Shown here: positions 10,518 through 20,615 of the stretch, in pieces
Layout: each line of letters begins with the position of its first letter
How positions within the stretch are numbered: position 1 is the stretch's first letter
DNA from: a virus
Virus record (IMG/VR): IMGVR_UViG_3300044825_000904
Location: 32,001 to 96,000 of that record
Length of the DNA stretch: 64,000 bases
Reading direction: 5' to 3' (one strand)
Position numbers and translations under genes: made by a program
Notes under the pieces: model-generated
Told to the model about the DNA's origin: nothing
What the model saw: the letters and a program-made list of their open reading frames with translations, nothing else
Databases searched by the model: none

Positions 10518-11429
10518 TTAAAAAGTAGAATTAGCATACCACTCATTGTTAATTGGATTCCATGCATACTGCTGGTCAAATGCACTTTGTGGTGCACGAA
10601 GTCCCGATAATTTAAAAGCATCATATTGTCCTTGAGCAGCTCTTAACCCTTGTAAATTTTGGTTATAATTAAAATTAGACTTCATTGCACTTTGAGCAGG
10701 AGTCATAATTCCTTGCGGCATCATTTTATTTAACTGTGGAGCTAATGCTTGTTGTGCATTAGTGCCAATTTGTTGAGTCTGCTGATTAGTTAATTGACTT
10801 TGATACGGCTTTAAATTAACTCCTGTTGTATCTTGTCCCCATAAAGGTTGGTCTTTCATATATTGACCAGCAAGATTGCCAGCTGTCTGAGCAATTCCTT
10901 GAATCCCCATGTTGATTTGGCTTTGTCCATAAGCAGCCGCAGCTTGAGCTCCTTCTAACCGTTGCTGTTCTAATCCTGATTTTCTAGCTAAATTTCTTTG
11001 TTCTACCCCTTGAGCATTTTGTGCTTGAGCTAAGTCACGTGCATATTGAGCTTGTTGAGCTTGTGCTGCTAACTGTAAATCTTCTGCTTGACCTTGTTGG
11101 TTTAGTGCAGTAAGACCACCTAATACTCCAGCTGCACCAATATCCCTTAACCCTTGTAGCTGTTGTGCTTGTCTGGCTTGAACATTTTGTTGAGCCATTT
11201 CTAATCCAAGAGTAGGAACTTGCAAACTTTTAAATTTGTCAGCCTCTTGCATTTGGGCTAAAGATTGAGCTGCTTTGCTTGCTGCATCTTCTGCTTCTCC
11301 TTTAGCATTTGATCCTTGAATAATATTTAATGCAGAACCACCAGCAGCTACGGCTCCTGTGACACCAGCTGCTATTATAGGTGCTGTTAATGCTGTTCCA
11401 GCTATTAATGATGCTGTTATTGCTGCCAT
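10518..11429 (-). CDS. Ala/Gln/Gly-rich DNA pilot/ejection protein
   Basis: Hydrophobic Ala/Gly N-terminus plus Gln-rich coiled coil, typical of podovirus ejection proteins. Confidence 0.6.
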   Translation of the reverse strand: MAAITASLIAGTALTAPIIAAGVTGAVAAGGSALNIIQGSNAKGEAEDAASKAAQSLAQMQEADKFKSLQVPTLGLEMAQQNVQARQAQQLQGLRDIGAAGVLGGLTALNQQGQAEDLQLAAQAQQAQYARDLAQAQNAQGVEQRNLARKSGLEQQRLEGAQAAAAYGQSQINMGIQGIAQTAGNLAGQYMKDQPLWGQDTTGVNLKPYQSQLTNQQTQQIGTNAQQALAPQLNKMMPQGIMTPAQSAMKSNFNYNQNLQGLRAAQGQYDAFKLSGLRAPQSAFDQQYAWNPINNEWYANSTF

Positions 11430-11430
11430 G

Positions 11431-11838
11431 TTATAATAATTTAATCATTTCTGTACAATTGGTATTTGATTTTGTAAATCCACATTTTTCGTATTTACTA
11501 ACCAAACTCTTATTAATAAGACAAGTCCAAACAGCTTTATGCCCTGCATCCTTACAAGCCTGAGATATTGTTTCAATTAATAACTCAATAGCCTCGTGTC
11601 TATCCTTATCCTTATATTTAAAATTAGATACTATAAACTCACAAAATGCGATCCCTGAATTAGTGAAATATGCAAAACCTGCACAAACATCCACATCTCC
11701 TTTTGAAATCATAAAACCACCTAATCCATTGTTGGGTAGCATTTCTTTTGGAGGGGCTTGCCATCTCCAATCTTTCCACCATTTTACCAATGTATTATCG
11801 TAGTCACTTTCGTTTAGTAACCTAATATTAAATTTCAT
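11431..11838 (-). CDS. GNAT-fold acetyltransferase-like protein
   Basis: IRLLNESDY start and SLVSKYEKCGF motif-B-like end; conserved position before pilot genes. Confidence 0.55.
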   Translation of the reverse strand: MKFNIRLLNESDYDNTLVKWWKDWRWQAPPKEMLPNNGLGGFMISKGDVDVCAGFAYFTNSGIAFCEFIVSNFKYKDKDRHEAIELLIETISQACKDAGHKAVWTCLINKSLVSKYEKCGFTKSNTNCTEMIKLL

Positions 11839-11859
11839 TCTACAAATATAATTAAATTA

Positions 11860-12588
11860 TCAAGGATAACTCTTGAATACGTCAGAAGTTACCATATACA
11901 TTTCTGTGTAATCTGTATCGTTATTTGTAAACTCTACGCTCAAGTAAGTTCCCCTTGTTGGGCTAGACTCAGCTACCGGGCTCTTCTCGTAAAGAATAAA
12001 GCTACCATTTGTTGGTGCGGTCCCAGTCACACTCACGGTTACTGTAGTCGCAGTGTGTGCAGTGATTGTTCCAATTAACGTAAGTACGCCTGCGTTAACC
12101 CAATAAAGAACGTCTCCTGTGCTAATTATATCACCAATATTAAACGCAAACGTAAGTACACCTGCCGCATACGTAGTCACATTACCTATGCCCTGTACAG
12201 ATGTCATAGACACATCGCTATGTGTGGCTTCGTTACGTCTGATATAAGCGTACCAAGTACCTTCTTTTAACGCATACCAATCTGCATCGATATACCCTTC
12301 TCCTTGGTCAGCTAAGATAGCTGTTTCCCAAGCAGTCGTTGAGTTGGTGGCTATTGTTTTAAATGACTTTGTTTGAGACGGCTCGTTATTAAATATGGTT
12401 GTTATTTTAGACGGGTACAATGTCCCATAGTAACTATTTCTAGTCGTATTGGAGTTATGCTTGTATAAATTACCGTTCTTAAATGTGTACAAATAATTAT
12501 TCATAGACACCATCCACTCTGGTAAATATGAGTGGTATGATGTCCATCCTGATAATCTCGGAGAATATGTTATTGTATAGTTAGCCAT
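11860..12588 (-). CDS. Tail stabilisation/nozzle protein, C-terminal part as a separate gene
   Basis: TITYS...GWTSYHSYLPE...LYTFKNGNLYKHN and TKSFKT motifs resemble the C-terminus of this family. Confidence 0.6.
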   Translation of the reverse strand: MANYTITYSPRLSGWTSYHSYLPEWMVSMNNYLYTFKNGNLYKHNSNTTRNSYYGTLYPSKITTIFNNEPSQTKSFKTIATNSTTAWETAILADQGEGYIDADWYALKEGTWYAYIRRNEATHSDVSMTSVQGIGNVTTYAAGVLTFAFNIGDIISTGDVLYWVNAGVLTLIGTITAHTATTVTVSVTGTAPTNGSFILYEKSPVAESSPTRGTYLSVEFTNNDTDYTEMYMVTSDVFKSYP

Positions 12589-12615
12589 ATGCTTACAAAT
12601 TTACTTATTTTAATA

Positions 12616-15600
12616 TTACGGACAACTATAGAACGATGTTATTTGAATTGAACCATTATATCCAGGAGGAACAGTAGTTTGTGTTAATGTGGCTCCTGTA
12701 TAAGTATAGAACTTCTCTGTTGGATATGGCAATACATATCTTCTACCAACTGATCCAGGAACAATCGTAGTGTATGCATATCCTGTACCAGGAGAGCATT
12801 CTGATAACTCATAGTAAGTAGTTAATGTCTCACAACCCGTTTCTCCTGTAGGAGTAATTGCTAATAATGTCCCACCAGGGTTGTATTCTATTTCACCTGT
12901 AATAACATACGTACTACCCCCTGATGTAACTCTGTCATCTATGTTAAATATGCCGGTAGCATAACTTTGAGAGTTAGCAGTAGAGCTATCAAAGCAGTTA
13001 AACAATTGATACCAATAAGCAGCAGGAGTAGGACATCCTTGAAGTCCTGTAGGCTCAACATCTATTAAAACTCCTGCAGGCTCTTCATGTAAAACCTCAA
13101 TGATATTAAATGTAGAATCACCAAAAGTGACACGATCATTAAGTTCATAAGTACCTGCCGCATACTGAATTGTATATGGAGTACTAAATACATCACAGTT
13201 TAATAATTTATACCAATCGTATAATACCTCTTGACTGATATTTAATACTACATCATCAGCACAACTATTTATTGTTATGTCTAAATCTCTAGCAGTTGTG
13301 GTATTTTCTGTAACTGTAACTGTAATCAATTGATTATTAGAACCAAATCTATCACTTAATGTAACCCAAGTGTTAGTCGGAACAGTTATCTCCCAATCAG
13401 AATTAGACTCAATGTAAAATGTTTTGCTCTGAGCCAAACCATCAAATGATAAAGATGTAGGTGTTACCGATAATGAGCAAGTTTTAATTTGTCTATCATT
13501 ATCTAACGCTAAAACATAATGCTCAAAGTATGGATCAAACATTCCTAGTTTTACTGTATTAGTATCTAAGTTTGCTTTAAACCAGTTCTTCATTCCTTGG
13601 GATGAGACCTCAAATAAACCATTAGGTTGTAATGCCATAACAGCACCACGTCTAGCGTCAGTAAAGAATAAATCATTACCCCACTTAGTAAAACTTTCTG
13701 GGTTTAAACTAATACCATATTCTCCTTCGTAAGAAATTTGAGTACCCAATACCTCAGGAATAGATGCAACTACGCCTCCACCTGTTGAATCACTCAATAA
13801 ATTCTTACCATAAAGAACTTTAGATATCTTATTCTCTTGCAATACAACTAAATCTGTATCACGAGAGAATAGTTTTTGGATAGAACCAAAGAATCTATCT
13901 AAGTATTTAAAGTTTCCAAGTGATAAGTTAAACTCATTTAATCTATTAATTGCAGATGTCTGAGTATAAATACCGCTGTATGTAAGAGCTTGAACTAAAG
14001 TTTGCTGCTCATATCCCTCAATGGTAGAGTTTACACGTGGGCTAAACTGCATTGTTGCAGAATTCCACGCATCCCTAATTCTAAAACTTTCAACACCATT
14101 ACCAAAAGTAAATGCATTAAAATCAGAATTAAAGTCAAGTGTATTTAAATCTATTATCGCCGGAGCCCCCAATGCAATATTCTGATTGTCAACATTTCCA
14201 TAGTGATTGCCATCGATAATAGGATACGTTTGTGAAAGCTCATAGTATATATCTTGGTTAGTGTCAGTTGGAACAGTCTCAAATAAAGAAGGGAACTCAG
14301 ATTGTTGTAACGAAAATTCCGTATCAATAGCTGGTTCTGCTCCTCCTTGATAAGAGTAGAAATACATATACACAGGGTAAGCTAAAGATGTCGAACTTAT
14401 AGTTGATCCTTGCGATATACTTCCTGGTCTTCCCGAAGATAACTGTAAACCTCTTCTAAAACAAACATTTTTAGGACCAACATTTTCATCACTAGTTCCT
14501 AATGCAACCCATTTTTGGTATGCCCCATCCTCAACAAACCATTCTTCAATATTAACATAATCTCTTGTAGAGATAAATGTCTGGGTAATCCATTGGTCTG
14601 TCCCGTTTGTTTCTTTATACTTAAATGTTAATATAGCTCCCGCTTTAACAGGTCTATCTTCATCGTGAGCAGCAGTAGGGTCCCAATTATTTAATGTAAA
14701 GAATACTCCTGGTACAGGAGTATTATAATCTATGTAACCTCCGAATATATTTAAACATACTTCTGCTACATTCCCTCTGCAATTAACAACCCAATAATCT
14801 TTAAATGTATATCCACTATTAGCCGCAAATCTAATAGAACAAGTTCCACCCGAATAGGTTAATACTTGGTCTGCAGCAGAGTTAATAGTAATTCCACTAG
14901 CAACTAAAACTTTATAATTACCATTTTGAGATGCGTAATATTTAAAAGTAGTTCCTGCAACATTATCAATTTCTACATAAAATCTAGTATCATTGTCTCC
15001 AGTGTATACATTAGATGCACCTGTAGTCATTGTATCTAAACCTGAACCGTAGAATATAGCATTCTCAGCAACATTAAATCTATCAAAAACTAAAGTTGTA
15101 GCTGAACTAGGGTATCCTCCAACATTATAATCTTTATAATATGTTACAGGAGGTAACTCTGACGCTTCAATTTTTAATTTAAAATATACACCTGCAGGCT
15201 GAACTGAATCAGCACTGTTTAAGAAGTTGGCATTTTTAGATTCAATATCTAATACTTTATATTGAACATTAGTATTAGTTGCAGCACTTTTTAAATACAA
15301 ATAAGAACCAACCGATATTTTATCTTGGTCAGCTTGGTTAATTAAAAACCATTTAAACTGACCATCATTAAAATAAGTTAATGGGAATACATTATAATAG
15401 TCCTGCTTATCCTGCTTAATCATAAAGCGATAATGTGTAGCAAAAGATGGTGGCTGGTAAGTACCATCAATTGTGATACGAATATTATTCGCATCAACAG
15501 CATTAACAGGAGGTATGTAAATTGTATTAGTATTATCTGTTGGTGTAATCACAGTAGTTGTTCTCCCGTAATCATCCAAGTAGACAATACCAATCTCATA

Positions 15601-16734
15601 GTCTCTATTGCTTTTAAACGTAGGAGTAGGTGTTCCACTGACTACTGAATTAGATAATAGTGATACTGAGAAAGCTGGATTAATGGGTTCTTTGTTTTCC
15701 TTTAACAAATCAAAGAATTGAGTATAATTACCATATACCAATCTACTTCCAATTAACTCTTGAGACTTCGCCTTAATAGGCACGTTATCAAACAATCTAT
15801 TTACTTGCTCAATTGGCAATAATGTAAATACTTTATTGTTTTTAAACTTATATTGATATTCCGAATCGTCGTCGTAATTATTTAGAGATTTAACTAAATT
15901 ATCAATCACATAAGTATTAGTACTTAATGTATCTCTAAAAACCAACTGAATCTCTTTTACAGTTTTAGGCCCAGAGTTGAAAGTTATATCTGCTGTGTTA
16001 AAGTTGTTAACCATAGATACGTTCTCTGATACACCATAATCGTATGCATATTCTTTTGGAAAGAATGCTACAGGTGAGAATGGAGATAGAGCACTATACT
16101 CGTTGTCTAAATATTTATATCTGTAAGAAAAGTATAAAAATTTATTCTCTAAGTTGTTAGCTTCACCCTGTGAATATAAATTAATTGTTGGTGCCGATAA
16201 AGGAGGAGCTAAGATAACATTGATGTCAGCCTCAGTAAATCCATTTACAGCATAATTCTTCGCACGATCAATATTAATCCTGCGTGGAGGATTTAGATTG
16301 TCAGTCCAAAAAAGCAACCCGTTAATATAGTTGATACCTGTAACAAAAAACTCTTTATTAAAGCCAAGTTTTGAGGTTGTAGTAGGCGTTTTAGTTGCCT
16401 GAATAACAGGTGTTGTTAAATCTAATGTTTCATTGTATTCATAAATAGCATCCAAGTAATCAGATGCTACTAACCAATAGATACAATTGTTAGCCTCATA
16501 AGCAAGTGAACCAATACACATTGCATTGGTTAACTCGTAGTCCGTTCCCTTTAATACGTTACCTAAATAATTTTGTGCTACCCCATTATGTGAGCCTTCT
16601 TCAGAAACAAATGTTCCATCAGAATCGCCCACAATAATATTGAGTGCATCTCTATATGCACCATCAGGTAAAAAGTGAGGGTCAAGATCTTTATTCATGA
16701 CCCCCGAAAGGAAATTTCTTTGAAGTTCTATCAT
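12616..16734 (-). CDS. Tail stabilisation/nozzle protein (P22 gp10-like) with C-terminal BACON domain and Cys repeats
   Basis: GVMNKDLD...GAYRDALN start, LLFWTDNLNPPRRINI, YGISLNPESF, FFTDARRGAV. Confidence 0.75.
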   Translation of the reverse strand: MIELQRNFLSGVMNKDLDPHFLPDGAYRDALNIIVGDSDGTFVSEEGSHNGVAQNYLGNVLKGTDYELTNAMCIGSLAYEANNCIYWLVASDYLDAIYEYNETLDLTTPVIQATKTPTTTSKLGFNKEFFVTGINYINGLLFWTDNLNPPRRINIDRAKNYAVNGFTEADINVILAPPLSAPTINLYSQGEANNLENKFLYFSYRYKYLDNEYSALSPFSPVAFFPKEYAYDYGVSENVSMVNNFNTADITFNSGPKTVKEIQLVFRDTLSTNTYVIDNLVKSLNNYDDDSEYQYKFKNNKVFTLLPIEQVNRLFDNVPIKAKSQELIGSRLVYGNYTQFFDLLKENKEPINPAFSVSLLSNSVVSGTPTPTFKSNRDYEIGIVYLDDYGRTTTVITPTDNTNTIYIPPVNAVDANNIRITIDGTYQPPSFATHYRFMIKQDKQDYYNVFPLTYFNDGQFKWFLINQADQDKISVGSYLYLKSAATNTNVQYKVLDIESKNANFLNSADSVQPAGVYFKLKIEASELPPVTYYKDYNVGGYPSSATTLVFDRFNVAENAIFYGSGLDTMTTGASNVYTGDNDTRFYVEIDNVAGTTFKYYASQNGNYKVLVASGITINSAADQVLTYSGGTCSIRFAANSGYTFKDYWVVNCRGNVAEVCLNIFGGYIDYNTPVPGVFFTLNNWDPTAAHDEDRPVKAGAILTFKYKETNGTDQWITQTFISTRDYVNIEEWFVEDGAYQKWVALGTSDENVGPKNVCFRRGLQLSSGRPGSISQGSTISSTSLAYPVYMYFYSYQGGAEPAIDTEFSLQQSEFPSLFETVPTDTNQDIYYELSQTYPIIDGNHYGNVDNQNIALGAPAIIDLNTLDFNSDFNAFTFGNGVESFRIRDAWNSATMQFSPRVNSTIEGYEQQTLVQALTYSGIYTQTSAINRLNEFNLSLGNFKYLDRFFGSIQKLFSRDTDLVVLQENKISKVLYGKNLLSDSTGGGVVASIPEVLGTQISYEGEYGISLNPESFTKWGNDLFFTDARRGAVMALQPNGLFEVSSQGMKNWFKANLDTNTVKLGMFDPYFEHYVLALDNDRQIKTCSLSVTPTSLSFDGLAQSKTFYIESNSDWEITVPTNTWVTLSDRFGSNNQLITVTVTENTTTARDLDITINSCADDVVLNISQEVLYDWYKLLNCDVFSTPYTIQYAAGTYELNDRVTFGDSTFNIIEVLHEEPAGVLIDVEPTGLQGCPTPAAYWYQLFNCFDSSTANSQSYATGIFNIDDRVTSGGSTYVITGEIEYNPGGTLLAITPTGETGCETLTTYYELSECSPGTGYAYTTIVPGSVGRRYVLPYPTEKFYTYTGATLTQTTVPPGYNGSIQITSFYSCP

Positions 16735-17631
16735 TTACTTAATCCACTTAGATTGGCCTCTCATGCTCATTAACAAGCGACCTGGGTGTAAATTACTTAA
16801 TCTAATCTTTGCGTTTCTCCAATTAGAAACTTTTTCTTTGCGAGCTCGTGAAATAACATACTCAGGCTGGTTTGCCTTTGTGTTTAAGATAGCCCATTTA
16901 ATGTATGAGTAAATATACTCTTCTGCTAACTTAGGAATAGTAATCTGAGCGTCGTCACCTGGATACAATCCGTCTGAAATATATTCTAATACAACAGAGC
17001 GATTAAACATACCTGAGCTAAAGTTAATAACTCCAGCTGCTTTGTCTACTCTAAATGTAGGGTTTACGTTTGCTACTTCAGTATTCAATCCATAAGCAGC
17101 ACCGAATCCCCAAGTGAAATACCAAAGACCATCTACATACCAACCCCACTGATTATTGAATGGGCATAGCATATAGTTCTCTCCATCAATACGAGACAAG
17201 TCTAGTTTAGATGTTCCTTGTAGGGCATTGCCTTGGTCATCAAATAAAATCTGATACTCATCATCCTGCAAAAATTCAATAGATGAATTAGCCTGAGGAT
17301 TCTCAGTCATTGGGTATAAGTTTCCACCCCAAAATAAAGATACACGAACATAGTTCACGTAATCAGGAGGCAATATAAACTTAAGGTCATGTCCAACTTC
17401 TAACTGCAAAGCATTAATCTGACGATTACCATCGTAGTTTAATTCCTGTACAGCTCTTTTGGCGTGGAATAATACCTTGTATCTGTTGATGTTATTCAAC
17501 AAATCGCCATCATCTGTATACATTAAGATGAAGTTATTTACAACATCGCCTAATGTTACATTCTGATACGTGCCCCAATTGGCATCGGTAGGGGTGACCC
17601 CATCATTGGTATAATATTTCTCCTGATTCAT
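16735..17631 (-). CDS. Tail ring/adaptor protein
   Basis: FHAKRAVQELNYD, LPPDYVNYV, LEYISDG motifs; synteny. Confidence 0.6.
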   Translation of the reverse strand: MNQEKYYTNDGVTPTDANWGTYQNVTLGDVVNNFILMYTDDGDLLNNINRYKVLFHAKRAVQELNYDGNRQINALQLEVGHDLKFILPPDYVNYVRVSLFWGGNLYPMTENPQANSSIEFLQDDEYQILFDDQGNALQGTSKLDLSRIDGENYMLCPFNNQWGWYVDGLWYFTWGFGAAYGLNTEVANVNPTFRVDKAAGVINFSSGMFNRSVVLEYISDGLYPGDDAQITIPKLAEEYIYSYIKWAILNTKANQPEYVISRARKEKVSNWRNAKIRLSNLHPGRLLMSMRGQSKWIK

Positions 17632-18323
17632 TATTGTTGTTTTTGATCAGTGTATGCTTCTTCTGCTCTTGCCGCTTGAACCACATCCATTTCTCTAATG
17701 TTAACACCTGCATATTCACAAATCTTAACGACTAACTTAGGGAAGTCAGATATAGCCAACTCGAAATCTTGGTAGTCATTAGCCGATTGATTAAACAAAG
17801 GGCTACCGTTAACTACTGTATAAGTCCATTTAGGATCTAACGGGTATCTAACGTAATAGATATTAATGTTATCCGTAATGGTATTCGGGTACACAGTAAC
17901 TTGATTACCTTGCATAACATACGTAGGGTATGTTTCTGTAGGTGCTGTTAAATTGGAATTAAGCAAATAATATAATTTACCTTGGTCCACATGAGTAACC
18001 TCTTTACCATTATAGTATAATACATTTAATAAGAAAAAGTTTGCAGGTAAGTCGAATCTACTATCTCCTGAATTGTATACCAAGTCTTCGTTCTTAGAGA
18101 AATAGTCAATAGTTTGGTCTATTTGCTTAGTGATATCGGAGTACCCACTGGTCTCCATACCCTTCATATCTTTTATCTTAGCCTGCTGAAAGTCAAAGAA
18201 GTATTGTTGGAACAATTCTAACTGAGCTTGCTTTGCAAAGCTGTTGAATTCTTCTGGTGTAATAAACCCATTATTATCCTTATTGATAATATTTAGGACA
18301 GTATTTCGTACGGAATTTATCAT
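17631..18323 (-). CDS. Tail tubular/ring protein (start revised to ATG 18323)
   Basis: NKDNNGFITPEEFNSFAKQAQLELF, YVRYPLDPKW; the track's upstream extension overlaps a terminator and promoter. Confidence 0.6.
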   Translation of the reverse strand: MINSVRNTVLNIINKDNNGFITPEEFNSFAKQAQLELFQQYFFDFQQAKIKDMKGMETSGYSDITKQIDQTIDYFSKNEDLVYNSGDSRFDLPANFFLLNVLYYNGKEVTHVDQGKLYYLLNSNLTAPTETYPTYVMQGNQVTVYPNTITDNINIYYVRYPLDPKWTYTVVNGSPLFNQSANDYQDFELAISDFPKLVVKICEYAGVNIREMDVVQAARAEEAYTDQKQQ

Positions 18324-18337
18324 AATGACAAAGATAA

Positions 18338-18365
18338 TAAAAAAAGGGCACTCAGTGTGCCCTCT
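18338..18365 (-). terminator. Intrinsic terminator
   Basis: GGGCAC-N5-GTGCCC with T-tract on minus strand. Confidence 0.65.
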
Positions 18366-18369
18366 TAAT

Positions 18370-19116
18370 TTAGCGATATTTTTTAGATAGTAACTCGTAG
18401 ACATCTAAACCATCATTGCTTTGGAGCCATGACACAAGTAGTTTGGTTGGGTCTTCTCCAAATGGAACGCCCATTAACTTATTCTTATTGTCAGGCAGGT
18501 TAAAGAAGATGTCACGTTTTTTATTCTTCAATACAAACGTACCATCTTGCAATGCCTTAGCTGCGATATCATTCAACTTAAGCTCAGGATCATTTAACAT
18601 GTTCATGAATTCGTAAGGATGGTTACGTGCATATAAAATTAAGTCACGTCTCAATTCCTCTGTAGTTAAACGATCAACACGAGCACCTAATAGTACACGT
18701 CCTAATGCATCAGCTGTATTGATATCTAAATCACGTGCAGCAAGTTGTGCATCCAATTGAGAGTACATAACCTCAATCTGATTGTTTGCATCTCTTTGAG
18801 TATCAACCTCTTCGAACAACACACCATTGTCTGGGTGTAATTCTAGGAATTGTTGTAATACCTGGTTGTATTTGTTAACAGCTAACAAACCATCTTCAAA
18901 GATGATTGGCTCTAAAATGAAGTTACCATCTTGCTCATCTTCAAATGGAGACTTCTGGTTAACTGCATAACGTAAAGCTCTATTAAGACCTTTAGAAGCG
19001 TCAAAGTATAGTAATGATTTGTTTCTAGTATTTCTACTAGCAAGCATAAAGCTGATAGGGAATGTTTTTCTTTTAAGGACATAGATCTTGTCCTTTAATT
19101 CTTTCTGAGTTGACAT
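18370..19116 (-). CDS. Conserved phage protein downstream of MCP
   Basis: RALRYAVNQKSPFEDEQ, FLELHP motifs; synteny. Confidence 0.5.
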   Translation of the reverse strand: MSTQKELKDKIYVLKRKTFPISFMLASRNTRNKSLLYFDASKGLNRALRYAVNQKSPFEDEQDGNFILEPIIFEDGLLAVNKYNQVLQQFLELHPDNGVLFEEVDTQRDANNQIEVMYSQLDAQLAARDLDINTADALGRVLLGARVDRLTTEELRRDLILYARNHPYEFMNMLNDPELKLNDIAAKALQDGTFVLKNKKRDIFFNLPDNKNKLMGVPFGEDPTKLLVSWLQSNDGLDVYELLSKKYR

Positions 19117-19145
19117 TATATTTGATTTTAAAATTTAAACAAATT

Positions 19146-19174
19146 AAATAAGGGGAGACCGAAGCCTCCCCCTA
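19146..19174 (-). terminator. Terminator after podovirus MCP
   Basis: GGGGAG...CTCCCC hairpin. Confidence 0.65.
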
Positions 19175-19180
19175 AGTTTA

Positions 19181-20596
19181 CTAGTTCTCGAACAAGAAGA
19201 AGTTGTTCGCACCAAGAGTACATAATGCACGCTCAGATAAGAAGTTAACTTCCATTGCATCTAAAGAACTTGTTTGAGCACCACCAGCAGAACCAGTGAT
19301 CCAAGTTTTGTAACGACGATCTTCAGTTTCAGAAGCACGGTAACGTACGTGTAAGAACGGACGCTTAGCATTCTTTCCTAAGATTTGATCGTATACGTTA
19401 GTAGAACCTGCAGGTACCAAGATACCATTGATAGCTCCACCTACGATTCCACCACGAGTAGTTGCATCGTTTAAGTATTTCCAGTCAGTCTTGTAGAAAT
19501 CGTATCCACGCTTAAAGCCTGTGAAACCTAAGTTTAACGCCATAGTCTCGCTGTTGTCGAATAAACCGTAAGAAGTACCACCTGAACCATAAGAGTTTTG
19601 TGATGCCAACATATCGTCGATATCAAAACCAAACTTACGGTTTAAGAAGATAACATTCTCTTGGATTGCTCCTTGCTTATCAAGACGTTGGATGATAGAA
19701 TCGAAGTCAGACAAAGTAGTTGGGTTACCACCTGCCCATACGTTTCCACGCTCAGCAACAGCATTGAATAAACCTTGAGTACCAGCAGCACCAGGTTGTA
19801 CTTGAGAAGAAGCTACAGTTAAGTAAGTAGCAGCAGCTGAACCAGCTTCTGCAGGAACACCTTCAACCATTGACATCTCTAAGTAATCTTCGAAACGTAA
19901 ACGAGTCTCGTGCTCAGACTTGATGTACCATAAGTAACCAGTAGCACCGTTCTCAGAAGTTACTTCAACCCATCCGATTTGAGCCATGTCAGAACCAGAA
20001 ACAGCGTACTTATCTTTGATGATAATTGGCTTGTTTTCGAAGAAGATATCTTGAGACTCTAAAGAACCGTCCATTCCTAATGAACCTTTAGTGAATTCAG
20101 AACCGTAAACGAATGCAGTAGAAGCAGTATCTACAGCGATTGATTGTCCTGAAGCAGCATAGTAAGCTACTGTGAAAGTGTTAGCAGTTGTATCTACTGC
20201 AGTGATAACCGCTTTATCAGAAGCAGAACCAGAGTTTGCAGATAAGAATACAGTTTGGTTAACACGGAAGTTAACAGTTACATCTGCATCTTCAACAGTC
20301 CACACAGCTGTATCTTGTCCTGCAGCAGCTGCTGAAGTACAGTTTACATACTTAGTGTGTAAACGACCTTGCTCTGCCCATTTGATTAAGTCAGAGTTAG
20401 AAGGTAATTCTGCACCTACCATACGTAAGAAAGATGCAATAGAACGATTACCATAACGCTCGAATTCAGCCTCGTAAGTATCAGGAAGATACTGATTTAA
20501 GAAATCGAAGTTAGTAATGTAGTTTGTAGGCAATGTTGCCTTTACCGCTGAGGGCTCTAATTGAAAGCCCGGGGTAGCTTGAACTGATCCAGCCAT
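19181..20596 (-). CDS. Major capsid protein, module A (Flavobacteria podovirus type)
   Basis: QYLPDTYEAEFERYGNRS, WAEQGRLH, GYLWYIKSEHETRLRFEDYLE; strongly biased codons; follows scaffold. Confidence 0.85.
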   Translation of the reverse strand: MAGSVQATPGFQLEPSAVKATLPTNYITNFDFLNQYLPDTYEAEFERYGNRSIASFLRMVGAELPSNSDLIKWAEQGRLHTKYVNCTSAAAAGQDTAVWTVEDADVTVNFRVNQTVFLSANSGSASDKAVITAVDTTANTFTVAYYAASGQSIAVDTASTAFVYGSEFTKGSLGMDGSLESQDIFFENKPIIIKDKYAVSGSDMAQIGWVEVTSENGATGYLWYIKSEHETRLRFEDYLEMSMVEGVPAEAGSAAATYLTVASSQVQPGAAGTQGLFNAVAERGNVWAGGNPTTLSDFDSIIQRLDKQGAIQENVIFLNRKFGFDIDDMLASQNSYGSGGTSYGLFDNSETMALNLGFTGFKRGYDFYKTDWKYLNDATTRGGIVGGAINGILVPAGSTNVYDQILGKNAKRPFLHVRYRASETEDRRYKTWITGSAGGAQTSSLDAMEVNFLSERALCTLGANNFFLFEN

Positions 20597-20615
20597 TGTT
20601 TTTGTTTTTTTGGTT

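Noticed and set aside
2266-20596. Genome-wide TAG recoding (as in some crAss-like phages)
   Set aside because: Long genes are intact under code 11 and TAG ends well-defined genes (2266, MCP at 19181); only one internal TAG was seen
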